A DNA stretch of 64,000 nucleotides from an uncultured virus (IMG/VR IMGVR_UViG_3300045815_000012). Taxonomy: Duplodnaviria; Heunggongvirae; Uroviricota; Caudoviricetes. Each line of letters begins with the position of its first letter. The stretch's first letter is position 1. Of the stretch, positions 48,097 through 59,000 are shown piece by piece. Below the pieces are notes generated by a model. That model searched no databases. It saw only the letters and a program-made list of their open reading frames with translations, and was not told where the DNA came from. Location of the stretch: the IMG/VR virus record IMGVR_UViG_3300045815_000012. One strand, 5' to 3'. Made by a program: the position numbers and the translations under genes.

Positions 48097-49104
48097 TCAC
48101 TTAATATCGTGATACCAACGTGTTTCGTAGAAGTCTTGATGACCTCCACTTACATCACCTTTAGCGTCATTTGTAGCACGTGTCATCACAATGACTGACT
48201 TACCACTAAAATGCTTAGCATTGAAATTCACATCATAACCGACATTCCCAGTCGTCCGATAAGCAGCATTCACATCTGGTCTTGCTACTACAGGTGCTTT
48301 CTGGCGTGCCAATTCTTTGCCAGTTGTCCGATCAATAATAAATACATATTGATACTTGTAATTAGCGATATGCCACCCACGCGCCTTCAAGGTGTTCCCG
48401 ATTCTCCCCCATTGATCAACATGAGCATGGTTTCCTTTGCCATCGTTCATTACAGAATATCCTGATCCTGCGGTAGTTGGATCTACAGGTTTGCTTGGAG
48501 TCGGTGCAGGTTTGTTCTCGTTTGATTCAAAACCATACTTCACATCATGTGCAAATTGCGCTTGTGAGACACCGTGACTTGCTAAGTAGCCATACGGGTC
48601 CGTATGATCGCCCCACCAATTCGTAGAAATGTATTGGTGACTGATGACCCCTTTGCCGCCTACTGGACTGTCTACAGTAAGAGGAATATTAAACCGTTTC
48701 GCACTGTCACGAATTAATTCAATGTAAACTTTATAGTTCTGTTTAAAGAGCGCTGGATTGGGCGTTGCTTGCAATTCAATTTGTACTGGCGAATTCGCAT
48801 TGGCATAAGAGCCGCCTCCGTATTGCACATAGCCGGGTTCACCAACTTGGTAGACAATACCGTCACCAACAATATAGCTAGTGTAGGCATTCATCCAATT
48901 GCGCTTCATAAAGGTAGCTTCGTTACGTCCTGTTGCGCTAGGATTTGCAGTATCGTGCGCCACAATATAATTTGGATTTGCTCTAATTGGACTGCCTTCA
49001 TTCGCCCCTAAATTGAACTCGTTATTGATCGTGTAAGCAAACCCATTAATAGGCAATAAAAAAAGAGCCAGTAAAAGGCTCAGTAACGTAATTTTCTTTT
49101 TCAT
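48097..49104 (-). CDS. Endolysin, amidase_2 with signal peptide
   Basis: MKKKITLL...GFA signal; AHDTAN, QIEL, SH, DHTDP. Confidence 0.92.
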   Translation of the reverse strand: MKKKITLLSLLLALFLLPINGFAYTINNEFNLGANEGSPIRANPNYIVAHDTANPSATGRNEATFMKRNWMNAYTSYIVGDGIVYQVGEPGYVQYGGGSYANANSPVQIELQATPNPALFKQNYKVYIELIRDSAKRFNIPLTVDSPVGGKGVISHQYISTNWWGDHTDPYGYLASHGVSQAQFAHDVKYGFESNENKPAPTPSKPVDPTTAGSGYSVMNDGKGNHAHVDQWGRIGNTLKARGWHIANYKYQYVFIIDRTTGKELARQKAPVVARPDVNAAYRTTGNVGYDVNFNAKHFSGKSVIVMTRATNDAKGDVSGGHQDFYETRWYHDIK

Positions 49105-49114
49105 GTGATTCCTC

Positions 49115-49312
49115 CTATTTTTTCGAATTGTATGCTGAGACACCTGTAACTACTCCTAAAAAAGTAGCTACAGCATTAATTGTTAGCACAGTCATATCCG
49201 CGCCACCCCAACCGTATGCCTTTCCAAGTGTGCCAACTAAAACAGATGCAGCTGGCAACACTGTGAGAACCGCCCATTTAATAATTTGGTAATACTTGTC
49301 CGGTAAAATCAT
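49115..49312 (-). CDS. Holin
   Basis: MILPDKYYQIIKW; two TM segments. Confidence 0.85.
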   Translation of the reverse strand: MILPDKYYQIIKWAVLTVLPAASVLVGTLGKAYGWGGADMTVLTINAVATFLGVVTGVSAYNSKK

Positions 49313-49323
49313 TTCAAACCCCC

Positions 49324-49584
49324 CTATAATTTCGTTAAGAAATAGCCTAATATAGTAATACCTAAACCGATCATGTAACCCCATGACCATTTATTATTTG
49401 CTTTAATTTCTTTGATGTCATCAGCATTGTTGAGTGCAATAGAATATGCGTGATCCGCCACATCTTTCGCAGCATCCGCCTTCTCTCTCAATGCCTCGTA
49501 ATTATCAAGTTTTGTTTCAATGCGCACTAAGCGCTCAATAACATCTTGTGCAGTATCATCTTTCAAAACTCCCCCGCCTTCCAA
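49324..49584 (-). CDS. XhlA/hemolysin-like lysis protein
   Basis: ERLVRIETKLD...KWSWG with C-terminal TM. Confidence 0.8.
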   Translation of the reverse strand: MEGGGVLKDDTAQDVIERLVRIETKLDNYEALREKADAAKDVADHAYSIALNNADDIKEIKANNKWSWGYMIGLGITILGYFLTKL

Positions 49585-49621
49585 CTAAATAATTAGCCCC
49601 GTTAAAAACGAGGCTAAATTG

Positions 49622-49747
49622 TTATTCAGCCAATTCTGGCAAATCCATATCTACTAGAATCTCTTTCACTTGCTCGCGAATTAGACCTGGTACTTGTTCA
49701 ATCGTTTTCTTACCTTTAATAATTAAAATCGCATACACTACAGCCAT
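49622..49747 (-). CDS. CD1375/XkdX-like small protein
   Basis: Homolog of 6229-6354. Confidence 0.75.
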   Translation of the reverse strand: MAVVYAILIIKGKKTIEQVPGLIREQVKEILVDMDLPELAE

Positions 49748-49784
49748 TTCTTCCACCTCCCTTCTGAGTAAATAAAAAGCAATC

Positions 49785-49898
49785 CTAATTCGCAGTTTCT
49801 GCATCAAGGATTGCTTGTACTTCATTTCTGATTGTTCTAGGAACTTCTTCAATAGTCTTCAGGCCTTTCTGAATCAAATTGACGTAAATATTTGCCAT
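49785..49898 (-). CDS. CD1375/XkdX-like small protein
   Basis: MANIYVNLIQKGLKTIEEVP. Confidence 0.75.
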   Translation of the reverse strand: MANIYVNLIQKGLKTIEEVPRTIRNEVQAILDAETAN

Positions 49899-50243
49899 CT
49901 AATTAACCTCCCTGTCTGCTGGAACGAGCATTTCATACACTTCAGCTAACGCTAATTGAGTTTTAGTCAATTGGTTTTCTTGGACTTCTGCCTTTTCTTT
50001 TAAGAATTCATTTTCCTTTTGGACAGTTTCTGTTAAAGTCTCAATAAACTCTAATTTTTCTGCGTAATTTGGAGTAATCGCCTCTTCCCATCTGTTCTTA
50101 GAAAAATTAAAGAACTGAGATTGTGGGTTTTCTAAATTTTGAATAGGTTCGATTTCCACAAAAGGAATAGATGTTGGAAAATCATCTGCTACTTCGTGTT
50201 CTTCAAATCCCATCGGGTATAATACTTTATAAATTGTTTTCAT
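49899..50243 (-). CDS. Tail fibre-associated protein
   Basis: Homolog of 6506-6883. Confidence 0.6.
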   Translation of the reverse strand: MKTIYKVLYPMGFEEHEVADDFPTSIPFVEIEPIQNLENPQSQFFNFSKNRWEEAITPNYAEKLEFIETLTETVQKENEFLKEKAEVQENQLTKTQLALAEVYEMLVPADREVN

Positions 50244-50255
50244 CGTTTTCCTCCT

Positions 50256-52163
50256 TTAATAAGGGTCTCTTGCTAACCAACAAAACGAACCTGTTAACCA
50301 CGTATCTTGTGCGACATTATCTATGCAAATAATATTATTAATCGTTGATGGATCGAAAGCTAGCAAATAAAAATTGCTGCCAGAGCTCCAGTACATTCGA
50401 GGCCTGTCAATCGGCGCTGCCCATGATGGAACATTAAACCAAACAGCTTGATTATATTTCGCCGCTGACAATTTAAACGAACCTGTCAGATAAACGATAT
50501 CTCCTCTTCGATACAATCTCATACTGCCGTCCGAAATAACTGAAGCATTGTTGTTTTTATCTACTGACGCATAATCATTTACTGATTTTGTTAAAACGGG
50601 CAATTTCCCTTTCACTTGAATACCATCTTGAAAATTCTTTGTTCCTAAAATCGTTTCGTTACCAGCAGTAGAAACAAACTTGCCTTGAACCCATTTTGCG
50701 ATTGCTTTAAATACTAAATTAGGCGTCATAAACACACTGTTAGATTCTCCCGCTTCAGCTTCTTCACCAGTAGCGATACTTTCTACTTGATTGGCCGCGA
50801 ACATTGATTCAATGTGTTCATTCGCTGAAATGTTCAGTGCAATTTCTAATTCAGAATAATCAATGCTTGTTCCGGATGGTATAGTTCCATCACTAACATA
50901 AGAGTAAAGTAAAATATTAATCTTTCCATACTGGTCAACCACGACTGGCGAGTGCTTTGCATAAATATCTTTTACCTGATTAGTACTATTGATAGCAGTA
51001 ACACCGTTGTCATTCCAAACTTTAGTGTCAGGTCTCCACGTAACTAATTGTAATCTGTTTCCCGAAGGCCCACTTCCGAACCCAAAAACATGAGGAGTAA
51101 TTTCAGAAACATTATTCTTAATATATGTGACTTTCTCATCCAACGTGGAAATCCCTTGCGATAGCCAAAAATTATTAGAGTAGACACTAGTTAGGATATC
51201 GACAACGTCATACTCAATTCTTATTAAAACCATTTGACCATTCACTTTATGTGATCCGACATCTCTGATATCATCTAAGTCTGAAATTTTTGAGTATCGC
51301 TCATCGCTAAATTCGTACCACGTACCAGCAGTAGGAGCGTTTAGCGCGGTACTATAAGCTATATAGGCACTGTTGGCATTCTCAACCAAACTGCCACTAA
51401 CTTTCCCTGAAAAGTTGGGACTGAAAACTATTTTCTCCTTTTTCCCACTTACTATTTGATAGATCACGTTTGCGGAACTTTCTGGCTTATTGAAAACTTC
51501 GTCTTTTCGATAAACATCCGCTTCATCGATCTTTTTATTCGTTTCGTCTAACTGATCAGAAAGCTCGATTTGAGATTGCTGCAGCTCTGACATTTTTTGA
51601 TTGGATTGAACGAACTTTTCATCATACTCTTTAATTTTTGTATCAGCATACTTAGTAATCCGTTCAGATTCTTCATCAATATTTTGAATTTCCAATAGAG
51701 CTTTTTCTTTTACTTGAAACAACCATTCTTCAAAGCTTTTGAAGTAGATCACACCAGCAACACCAGCTCCATCATCAATCGATGATTTAAACATTCTGAA
51801 TTGAACGTTTTGAATGTCGATCGCCTCACCAGAAGGTAGATCAACATACAAACCCATAACTACTGTACCATCATAGCCCCTCAGTTCTTCGGGTAAAAGG
51901 TAATAAATCTGATTTATCGTGTTGGCTTCGACGCCACCATTGTCCTCAATTATTCCTTTTTTTCCATCATTACCAACGTAAGTTAGTAGTACTCTGACTG
52001 TTGCTCCAGTTAAGTCGATTTCTGCTTCTTTACTCGTTAGTTCAAAAAGAAACTTACTAACATTCTTATCATATGAAAACACTTCTGCTCTAAGATCAAT
52101 AGATGTGCTCCTACTTGAACCGTTGATTTCAAGCGTTTTTCTTACTATTTTGAAATATGCCAT
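50256..52163 (-). CDS. BppU-type baseplate/receptor-binding protein
   Basis: VFSYDKN...IDLTGATV N-domain; shares a neck segment with 6895-8061. Confidence 0.75.
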   Translation of the reverse strand: MAYFKIVRKTLEINGSSRSTSIDLRAEVFSYDKNVSKFLFELTSKEAEIDLTGATVRVLLTYVGNDGKKGIIEDNGGVEANTINQIYYLLPEELRGYDGTVVMGLYVDLPSGEAIDIQNVQFRMFKSSIDDGAGVAGVIYFKSFEEWLFQVKEKALLEIQNIDEESERITKYADTKIKEYDEKFVQSNQKMSELQQSQIELSDQLDETNKKIDEADVYRKDEVFNKPESSANVIYQIVSGKKEKIVFSPNFSGKVSGSLVENANSAYIAYSTALNAPTAGTWYEFSDERYSKISDLDDIRDVGSHKVNGQMVLIRIEYDVVDILTSVYSNNFWLSQGISTLDEKVTYIKNNVSEITPHVFGFGSGPSGNRLQLVTWRPDTKVWNDNGVTAINSTNQVKDIYAKHSPVVVDQYGKINILLYSYVSDGTIPSGTSIDYSELEIALNISANEHIESMFAANQVESIATGEEAEAGESNSVFMTPNLVFKAIAKWVQGKFVSTAGNETILGTKNFQDGIQVKGKLPVLTKSVNDYASVDKNNNASVISDGSMRLYRRGDIVYLTGSFKLSAAKYNQAVWFNVPSWAAPIDRPRMYWSSGSNFYLLAFDPSTINNIICIDNVAQDTWLTGSFCWLARDPY

Positions 52164-52191
52164 GTATTTGTTTTACCTCCAATTCCAGTAC

Positions 52192-53910
52192 CTAAGTGCC
52201 AGTACTTCCTTCCAATTTTTCCAAACGCTCTGCCAACCAATCTGAGTTAATTTGCCATGTATATTGAGCCGGATTTACGGGTTGCGTAACAGAGGATGTC
52301 GAACAAATCCCCATGAAGTGCTTTATTTCATTTATCGGTTTTGTTAGTACAAATCCTGTAGAACCGGTTTGGTCATCCGCCCACGCATAATATAGATAAG
52401 CACCTACGCCTTGACCACCATTTTTTAAATTAAGAATAGTAGTCCGACCGCTTCCTATTTGAGTTTTCTCTGAATTATAGACATCACAACAATATGTCCA
52501 AAGATTTTTCGCATCAGGATAAACGGTAAGAATGCTATTCGAAGCGGACCAATTATCATCAATTTCACCAGCTTCATTTAATCGAGTCCAACGAAAATCA
52601 CTATAATTTGTACTTACATCAAGAGTACCATCGTACACTTTTGCGGATATTTTAATTGTTCCTTTTCCATCAACAAACGCTTGAGAAGTAGGTTCAAGCT
52701 TAACGTCAAATCGTTTTCTGCCTACCTGATCTCGCAACTCATAAGCTAAATCAAGTAAGCTTTGGGATGTTCCGCCGGATTGGATAAGATAATCACCCAA
52801 TGTAGCAACATAAGAGTGTATTGAATACTGATTTATCAGTTCAAGAATCCGTGCACTCAGATAGACTTCTTCATTCTCATCAACTAAATAGATTGTGTCC
52901 CCGATATTCACTCCCTTAGGCAGATCGATAATCTCAACCTCATAATTAATAGCTGGTTGACTGATTTTCTTTAGTTCTCTAATGACACTGTCACACAAAG
53001 TCTTTTGATCAGTAGTTTCGTAACGTTTTAATCGCTGAATATGTGAGCTTTTGGGATTGGGATTACTTGTCGATAATAAACGACTCCAGAGCTGTACACT
53101 TTCCGTATCTCTCATGACCCCATCAGAGCCTAAGACAAAGCGGCCATCTGGATCCGTATACTTGTATCCTTTCAGATTAATTGGATCGTTTTTACCCTCA
53201 GGCGTTCCACCAGTCGCATAAATCGAAGTTCCAAGATCATAGATGTCAGACTTCACGATAATGTTTTCGACATCAACATTGACATAAAGCGTTTGGTGGT
53301 TATCTTTACCACGTTTTTTGTAAATATTAATGTATTTATTGATAACAGTAGTCCCTTCTACCTTGAAACTAAAGTCAATTTCTGCGTTATCAAACTGAGT
53401 TGCAACAGAAACTAAACGTGCTAAAGCCGTCGAATCCTCACTTTCCCATTCAAGTTTCCTAGTGAGCGTAGGAATCTCGTTAAATCCTATTTCAAAGCCA
53501 GAATCATACATAAACTTTTCAATATAGAATGCTATGGAATATGCTTTGTCAGCTTTGTAGGGTCCAACAAGTTCATTCAAAAGATCAACCCCTGCATCCT
53601 CTGCAACGAAATAATGCGTGCATTCTTTTGGGTTATGAATTGTTTCAACAATTGTCATCCAGATATCTTTGTTATTGTAATCATGAAAAAGAACATAATT
53701 ACCTACTTTAGCAAAATCTTTTACTTTTTTTGTTTGAACCGAACTAAAATACAATGTTCCGCTTAGTGTTCTATTCCCGTTTTCAACGCTCAGTTTGTCC
53801 TCTTCATCAGCGATTACAACTTCAGTAGTATTATTAGTAGATACAATTTCTTTAAGTTGAAATTGTCTATCAGCAAAGTAGAAATCCAATCCTTCACCTC
53901 CTCTCGACAA
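52192..53910 (-). CDS. Tal / tail spike (prophage endopeptidase family)
   Basis: Follows Dit; IGDTIYLVD...LSARILE. Confidence 0.75.
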   Translation of the reverse strand: MSRGGEGLDFYFADRQFQLKEIVSTNNTTEVVIADEEDKLSVENGNRTLSGTLYFSSVQTKKVKDFAKVGNYVLFHDYNNKDIWMTIVETIHNPKECTHYFVAEDAGVDLLNELVGPYKADKAYSIAFYIEKFMYDSGFEIGFNEIPTLTRKLEWESEDSTALARLVSVATQFDNAEIDFSFKVEGTTVINKYINIYKKRGKDNHQTLYVNVDVENIIVKSDIYDLGTSIYATGGTPEGKNDPINLKGYKYTDPDGRFVLGSDGVMRDTESVQLWSRLLSTSNPNPKSSHIQRLKRYETTDQKTLCDSVIRELKKISQPAINYEVEIIDLPKGVNIGDTIYLVDENEEVYLSARILELINQYSIHSYVATLGDYLIQSGGTSQSLLDLAYELRDQVGRKRFDVKLEPTSQAFVDGKGTIKISAKVYDGTLDVSTNYSDFRWTRLNEAGEIDDNWSASNSILTVYPDAKNLWTYCCDVYNSEKTQIGSGRTTILNLKNGGQGVGAYLYYAWADDQTGSTGFVLTKPINEIKHFMGICSTSSVTQPVNPAQYTWQINSDWLAERLEKLEGSTGT

Positions 53911-53939
53911 AAAAAGAGAACCTCTATTCTAGAAGTTCC

Positions 53940-55988
53940 CTAAATAAATACTCTTCTAACCGTAACACCGACAATTGGTGTAATCGCCCAATCAGAAGGG
54001 ACTATTTGAATTGTATGTTTACCATAGTCAAACCTGAACTTATCATACTCATTTCCCAATTTATGGAGAGTACGATCTTCCACTCCATTAACTAAAACCT
54101 TTCTCGTTTTAGTATTTATTTCTACAAAATCTTTGTCGCTGAACAGATTATTGACATTCGAGTTTATCGTCTCGTTGGTCCAATCAAACTTCGAATCCGT
54201 CCACGCCATTAGATTATGATGCTGATTCGAGAAGCGTTGAAACCAGCCTTTTTCATATATTGCATTTGTTTCTTCAGCCTCAGTAAAGTTCATAACAAAC
54301 TCATGATCGTGCGAAGTAAACGCACCATCATTGGCTGGATTTAAAGCTTTAATTTGACTGAATACCCATCTTAGTCGTTTATTTGAATTCAGACGCTCCA
54401 TTTTTACTTCGAAGAAATTTCCGTTAAACGTCTTTCTAGAAAGACTGGTTGACTTCACACACTTCGTCTTGTACCAAAACTCAATGATAAGTTCATTGTT
54501 TAGTGTCGTACTATCTCGAATAACAACGGCCATAAAGACTTTTTTATTCTCATCAGCCAGTAGAAATTCAACACGCCCTCTAGCCGTTTTGACGTTTGAT
54601 CCATTATTAAAATTCATACGCTGAACACATGAGAAGTCTCCACTTGAAATATTATTAGCATTTTTAGGAATTTGAAAACTCAGCGTAGGACCATGCCACA
54701 CATTAATAGCTCCTACGCCAGTGAAAACTGGATAAATAGCTTCACCACCATCCCACTTCATGTTTCCTTGAACTATATTCGGTGTAGATGGGTTACTTAA
54801 ATAGTTGGGATAAGTAGACGGCATTGTCTTGTCATTTAATGAAACACCAACAGGAAGGTTTGCAGTGCGCCATCCATGGTTAATCACACGGTGCTTTCCA
54901 ACTTTGCGAACAGTATCGACATCCTCAGGATCACCGTACTGCAATATGCCTCCATTCGAATTAACCAATCCAATCAACCCGTTCTCTCCTTGCATCGTAA
55001 CTTCAAACTGCGGTTCAGCTTTCCACGTTCCATAATGAGTCACTTCAATCTGATCACTGACTGTGAGTTTACTAGCTGTGTAAGGATTAAGAATAGGCCC
55101 GACATTATACTGTGGCTTACAGATCACTAACCTAGAATTGCCTCTGACACCAACTGTCAGGCATAGTGCGGTAGTTTTTTCGTTCGTTATTCGAATAGTT
55201 TCATTGATTGTCTGCCATTCATTTTCTAAAACTTTTGCATCAATTGAGTGGCGTTTTAAGATATCACCACCAACCTTAGACCTTTCTTCTAGTATTACGG
55301 TACATGGTCTATCGGTTCCGTCTGTAGGTAATATTTCAATGTTTATGAGCATCCCGAAAGATACATAATCACCAAGACTTACCTTGATAGGGCGAGTGAT
55401 CTCGGTCGTTTTTGGTAACCAGTTCTCTTTACCATGAATAGTAACTAAATCAGTAAAATCTGCTATGAGTGTATTTGAGCCATTGTACTTTGGTCCTAAT
55501 GCGGTAAAATCTTTCCAGTAATGTGCCTTATTTTCAAACTCACTATCTAAACAAAGGTTTTCTTTTGCAGGATTAGCATTGGTAAAATAGTCTGCTTCAA
55601 CAGCATAAGCAACTCCTTCTGGCACTTTAAAACTCAACTCAACTTTTGCTGCATCACGATTTACATATTCGGGAACAATCTCACCTTCAAATCGAGCGGA
55701 CCAGTAACGATCCGCTTGATCGGTAAATATTAGTTGACCATCTGTTCCATCAGCTTGATAAAGGACGCGATACATCTCATCTTTGAGCGTATCTACGTCC
55801 GTATTATCATTTCTCTTCTTATTTTTCCTAATCCATCCTTTAACAGTAATTGTTGTTGCACTGTCCTTAGCATAGAGAAGTTTTTCACCCATCACTAAAT
55901 CTTTTTTTTCATATTCTCGCTTTTTAGTGGGGCGAGATATTTCACTAATAGTCAGCCATTTATAGAAATCAATTCCTCTAAAAATCAT
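53940..55988 (-). CDS. Evolved Dit with inserted, likely carbohydrate-binding, domains
   Basis: Dit-like termini (LIFTDQADRYW; FDYGKHTIQI), 682 aa. Confidence 0.75.
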   Translation of the reverse strand: MIFRGIDFYKWLTISEISRPTKKREYEKKDLVMGEKLLYAKDSATTITVKGWIRKNKKRNDNTDVDTLKDEMYRVLYQADGTDGQLIFTDQADRYWSARFEGEIVPEYVNRDAAKVELSFKVPEGVAYAVEADYFTNANPAKENLCLDSEFENKAHYWKDFTALGPKYNGSNTLIADFTDLVTIHGKENWLPKTTEITRPIKVSLGDYVSFGMLINIEILPTDGTDRPCTVILEERSKVGGDILKRHSIDAKVLENEWQTINETIRITNEKTTALCLTVGVRGNSRLVICKPQYNVGPILNPYTASKLTVSDQIEVTHYGTWKAEPQFEVTMQGENGLIGLVNSNGGILQYGDPEDVDTVRKVGKHRVINHGWRTANLPVGVSLNDKTMPSTYPNYLSNPSTPNIVQGNMKWDGGEAIYPVFTGVGAINVWHGPTLSFQIPKNANNISSGDFSCVQRMNFNNGSNVKTARGRVEFLLADENKKVFMAVVIRDSTTLNNELIIEFWYKTKCVKSTSLSRKTFNGNFFEVKMERLNSNKRLRWVFSQIKALNPANDGAFTSHDHEFVMNFTEAEETNAIYEKGWFQRFSNQHHNLMAWTDSKFDWTNETINSNVNNLFSDKDFVEINTKTRKVLVNGVEDRTLHKLGNEYDKFRFDYGKHTIQIVPSDWAITPIVGVTVRRVFI

Positions 55989-56002
55989 CCTAGTCTCTGC
56001 GA

Positions 56003-59000
56003 TTATGCTCGCCCCTTTCTTCTTTCGGATAACCGTTCGTTACGCGCATTTTCTTTGGCAACAGTTGGCGCAACTTTCTTACCAACTTTTTCTTTATCCA
56101 TATAAATGTCGGACTCTTGATCTCGAATCTCGGCCAACAATTGATTATTAACATTAAGTAATCGAATCACTTCTTGTAGATCAATACTTGCTGAACTAGC
56201 AAAGTTACTTCGAATCGCTTGAGTATCAATACCAATCAAATCTGCGAGATTTAAGGTCATGTTTGAAGCCATGTTGCTCAATCCAGTCGTCGCAGATTGG
56301 ATGATTCCTGAACCATTTTGAGCCATGTAATTCAGTGCTTGACCGATTAATTCCATAGCTCTGGCAGGTTTAGTAACAGGCAGAACTACTTCTGGTTTAT
56401 TATTCTCTCCTGCTCGATAAACCTCATTCATTACCCAACCACCATCTTTGTATCCTTTGATACGACTTCCAGTTGGTCCCCATCCAGAACGTCCGTATGG
56501 TAAATCTCTACGCCAATTAGAATTATTGAAGAATGCCAATAATTGATCGTATCCACTAAAGATGTTTCCATGACCTCTCACTTTATAAGCATCAAAAGTT
56601 GATTGAATATATTGAAGCAATCCTTTAGCACCGCCAGAACCATTTGTACTATTCACATCAATAATCTGCTGACGTATCTTCTCGTTCCCAGATGATTCTC
56701 TTTGAATTTGTGCAAGGATTCCGTTTAGTTCAGAGGCAGAGATTCTTTGTCCCATTACTTTAGCGGCCCGCTTAATTTGTGCAGTCCAGTTACTTCCAGT
56801 AACTCCTGAACTTGTTTTCAAACCACCATCAACATCAGTTCCGGCTTTAAAAATATTTCCTGAACCCAATGCACCGTTTAAATGGATATGATCATAATGG
56901 TCGTTGTCTGGCCATGGTACCCACTGACTTGTTGCTGCTTGCCCTGAAATTCCCATCCGGTCACGAACTCTACCGTTAGTTATTACGTATGCAATCTGTT
57001 TAGGGAATTTCTCAAACGCCCAATTGGCCGCTTCCGTATATCTTGGACTACCGTAAGGGTAACCAGAAATATCGAGAGCTTGATGTTTTCCGTGCCAATA
57101 AGGATCACCAGGACGATATCCAGAAGTTATTGTTAATCCTCCAAATTTAGACATGACTTTTTGAGCGATATCTACTAAGTATTGATAAACATTATTCGCA
57201 TTCATTGCACCGTCAAAACTTCCGCCCCCAAATGCGTCTTCGACATGCTTTTGTGCAAATGGATATGCTGCGCTAGTCATCAACTTAACGCCTGCTTTTG
57301 TCATGTTTCTCCAAGGTTCGACGATACTGTTATAATCTACACGTTGATCAACAAGTTTTTTGAAGGCTCCTTCGTCATCAATGATGTCGAAAATATCGAA
57401 CTCTCCAATTCCGTCTTCATATTTCGGAATCATACTTCCAAGATTATTCTGAGCTTTTAGCACTCGCTCAGTCATCGTTGCATTGAGCACCTTCGCACCC
57501 TTTTTAAGCCAAACAAGAGCATTTCTACCCTTAGCGATAAAGGTAGATCCGTCTGGTTCTTGGATGATTTCCTGATATTTAGAACCTTTTTGATCATTTA
57601 CTATTGCTGGACCATCAGATGGATGACCTTCACTTCCTTTGGCATATTGTGGTACTGTCCAGTTACCTAATTTCTTGTCGGACTCTACTTCCTTAAGAAC
57701 GTAGTTAACCCCACCAATTACACCATTGACACCTTTTCCGATTCCGCCAACCATTTTGTTAGCAACACCATTCATCGTAGCTGACAAGGATCCGCCCATT
57801 GAGTTGATGCCATCGATCAGCGTTTGCATCAAAAAACGTCCAGCGCTATTAAAGCCGCTCGACTTCGACCGAAGATTATTAATAGAATCATTTCCAAGCT
57901 GATTCACTCGTGCGATAAATGAGCCGTAAAGTGCGTTCCAACCGTTTAGTAGGTTTTGAAGCCATGTACGTCCGGTTTGGTACATCGCGCTATAGAAACT
58001 ACGCAACAAACTTACCACTTGATTACAAAAGTTCCGAACAGTGTTGATAAACGTCGAGACAAGACTATTCCAACCGTTCAGTTTGTTCTGCATCCACGCA
58101 CGACCCATTTGGTAGTTCGGATTGTTCTGGTTCTTAATCAGTGTCGTGTACTGGTTGATAAACGTTTTAACTGTCGTCATCATAGTTGGTACTACTGAAT
58201 TCCAACCAGTCATGAAATTAGTCAGCCATTCAGCCCCCTGAAGAACCATAGAAGGACTAATCGAACTGAACTGTCCAAGGATTCCATTAGCTGCTGATAG
58301 AGCGGTTTGAATAAGCTGAGGCGTTGAATCAGCCATCCCTTGGTTACCTGCTTGTGACGCTTGTTGTGCTGATAACTGCATCTGGTTTGCGTCAGGCATC
58401 CCGTAGCTTTCAGTCACAATCATGTTACTAGAAAGTCCGACAGGTTCAGCATCTTGTACAGCCTTTGTCATCAAATCAGTCACTGCGTCCATAGCTTGCT
58501 GAATCTTAGGCTTTCCTTTGTCAATACCTACTGCAATCCCAGCCGGTACCCATTGCGCATCAGCCATCATCACACGTGATGGAGATTTGATTTTCAATTT
58601 ATCTTTGAACCACTTGCTGACATTTCCTGCTACATCTGTAACAGATTTCTTAAGCGAGTCTACTGCCCCAGTTATTCCTTTTCCAATACCAGAAATGATA
58701 TCTTTACCAATCTTACCCCATTTGATATCTCCAAATGCTTTAAATATTGCGCTAAAGACCTGCGGTAGCATTTTTATCAATGTTCCGATCGTATCTATGA
58801 TCCCTTTGCCGATTGCTAGTAGAATTTTTACTCCGGCTGCGATAATTGTTGGTAGGTTTTGGATCAGAACAGCTGCAATTGTAATGATCAATTTGATCGC
58901 AGTTTCAATCAATTTCGGTAGAATGCTGATTACACCCTGGATCAACGCTCCCAGTATTTTTACGCCAGCTTCAATGATCTTAGGTAAGCTTTGAATCAGA

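Larger units (their letters stand above)
44981..48120 (+). repeat. Direct repeat copy 2
   Basis: Matches 1565-4600 with one extra ORF and a different sRNA array. Confidence 0.95.
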
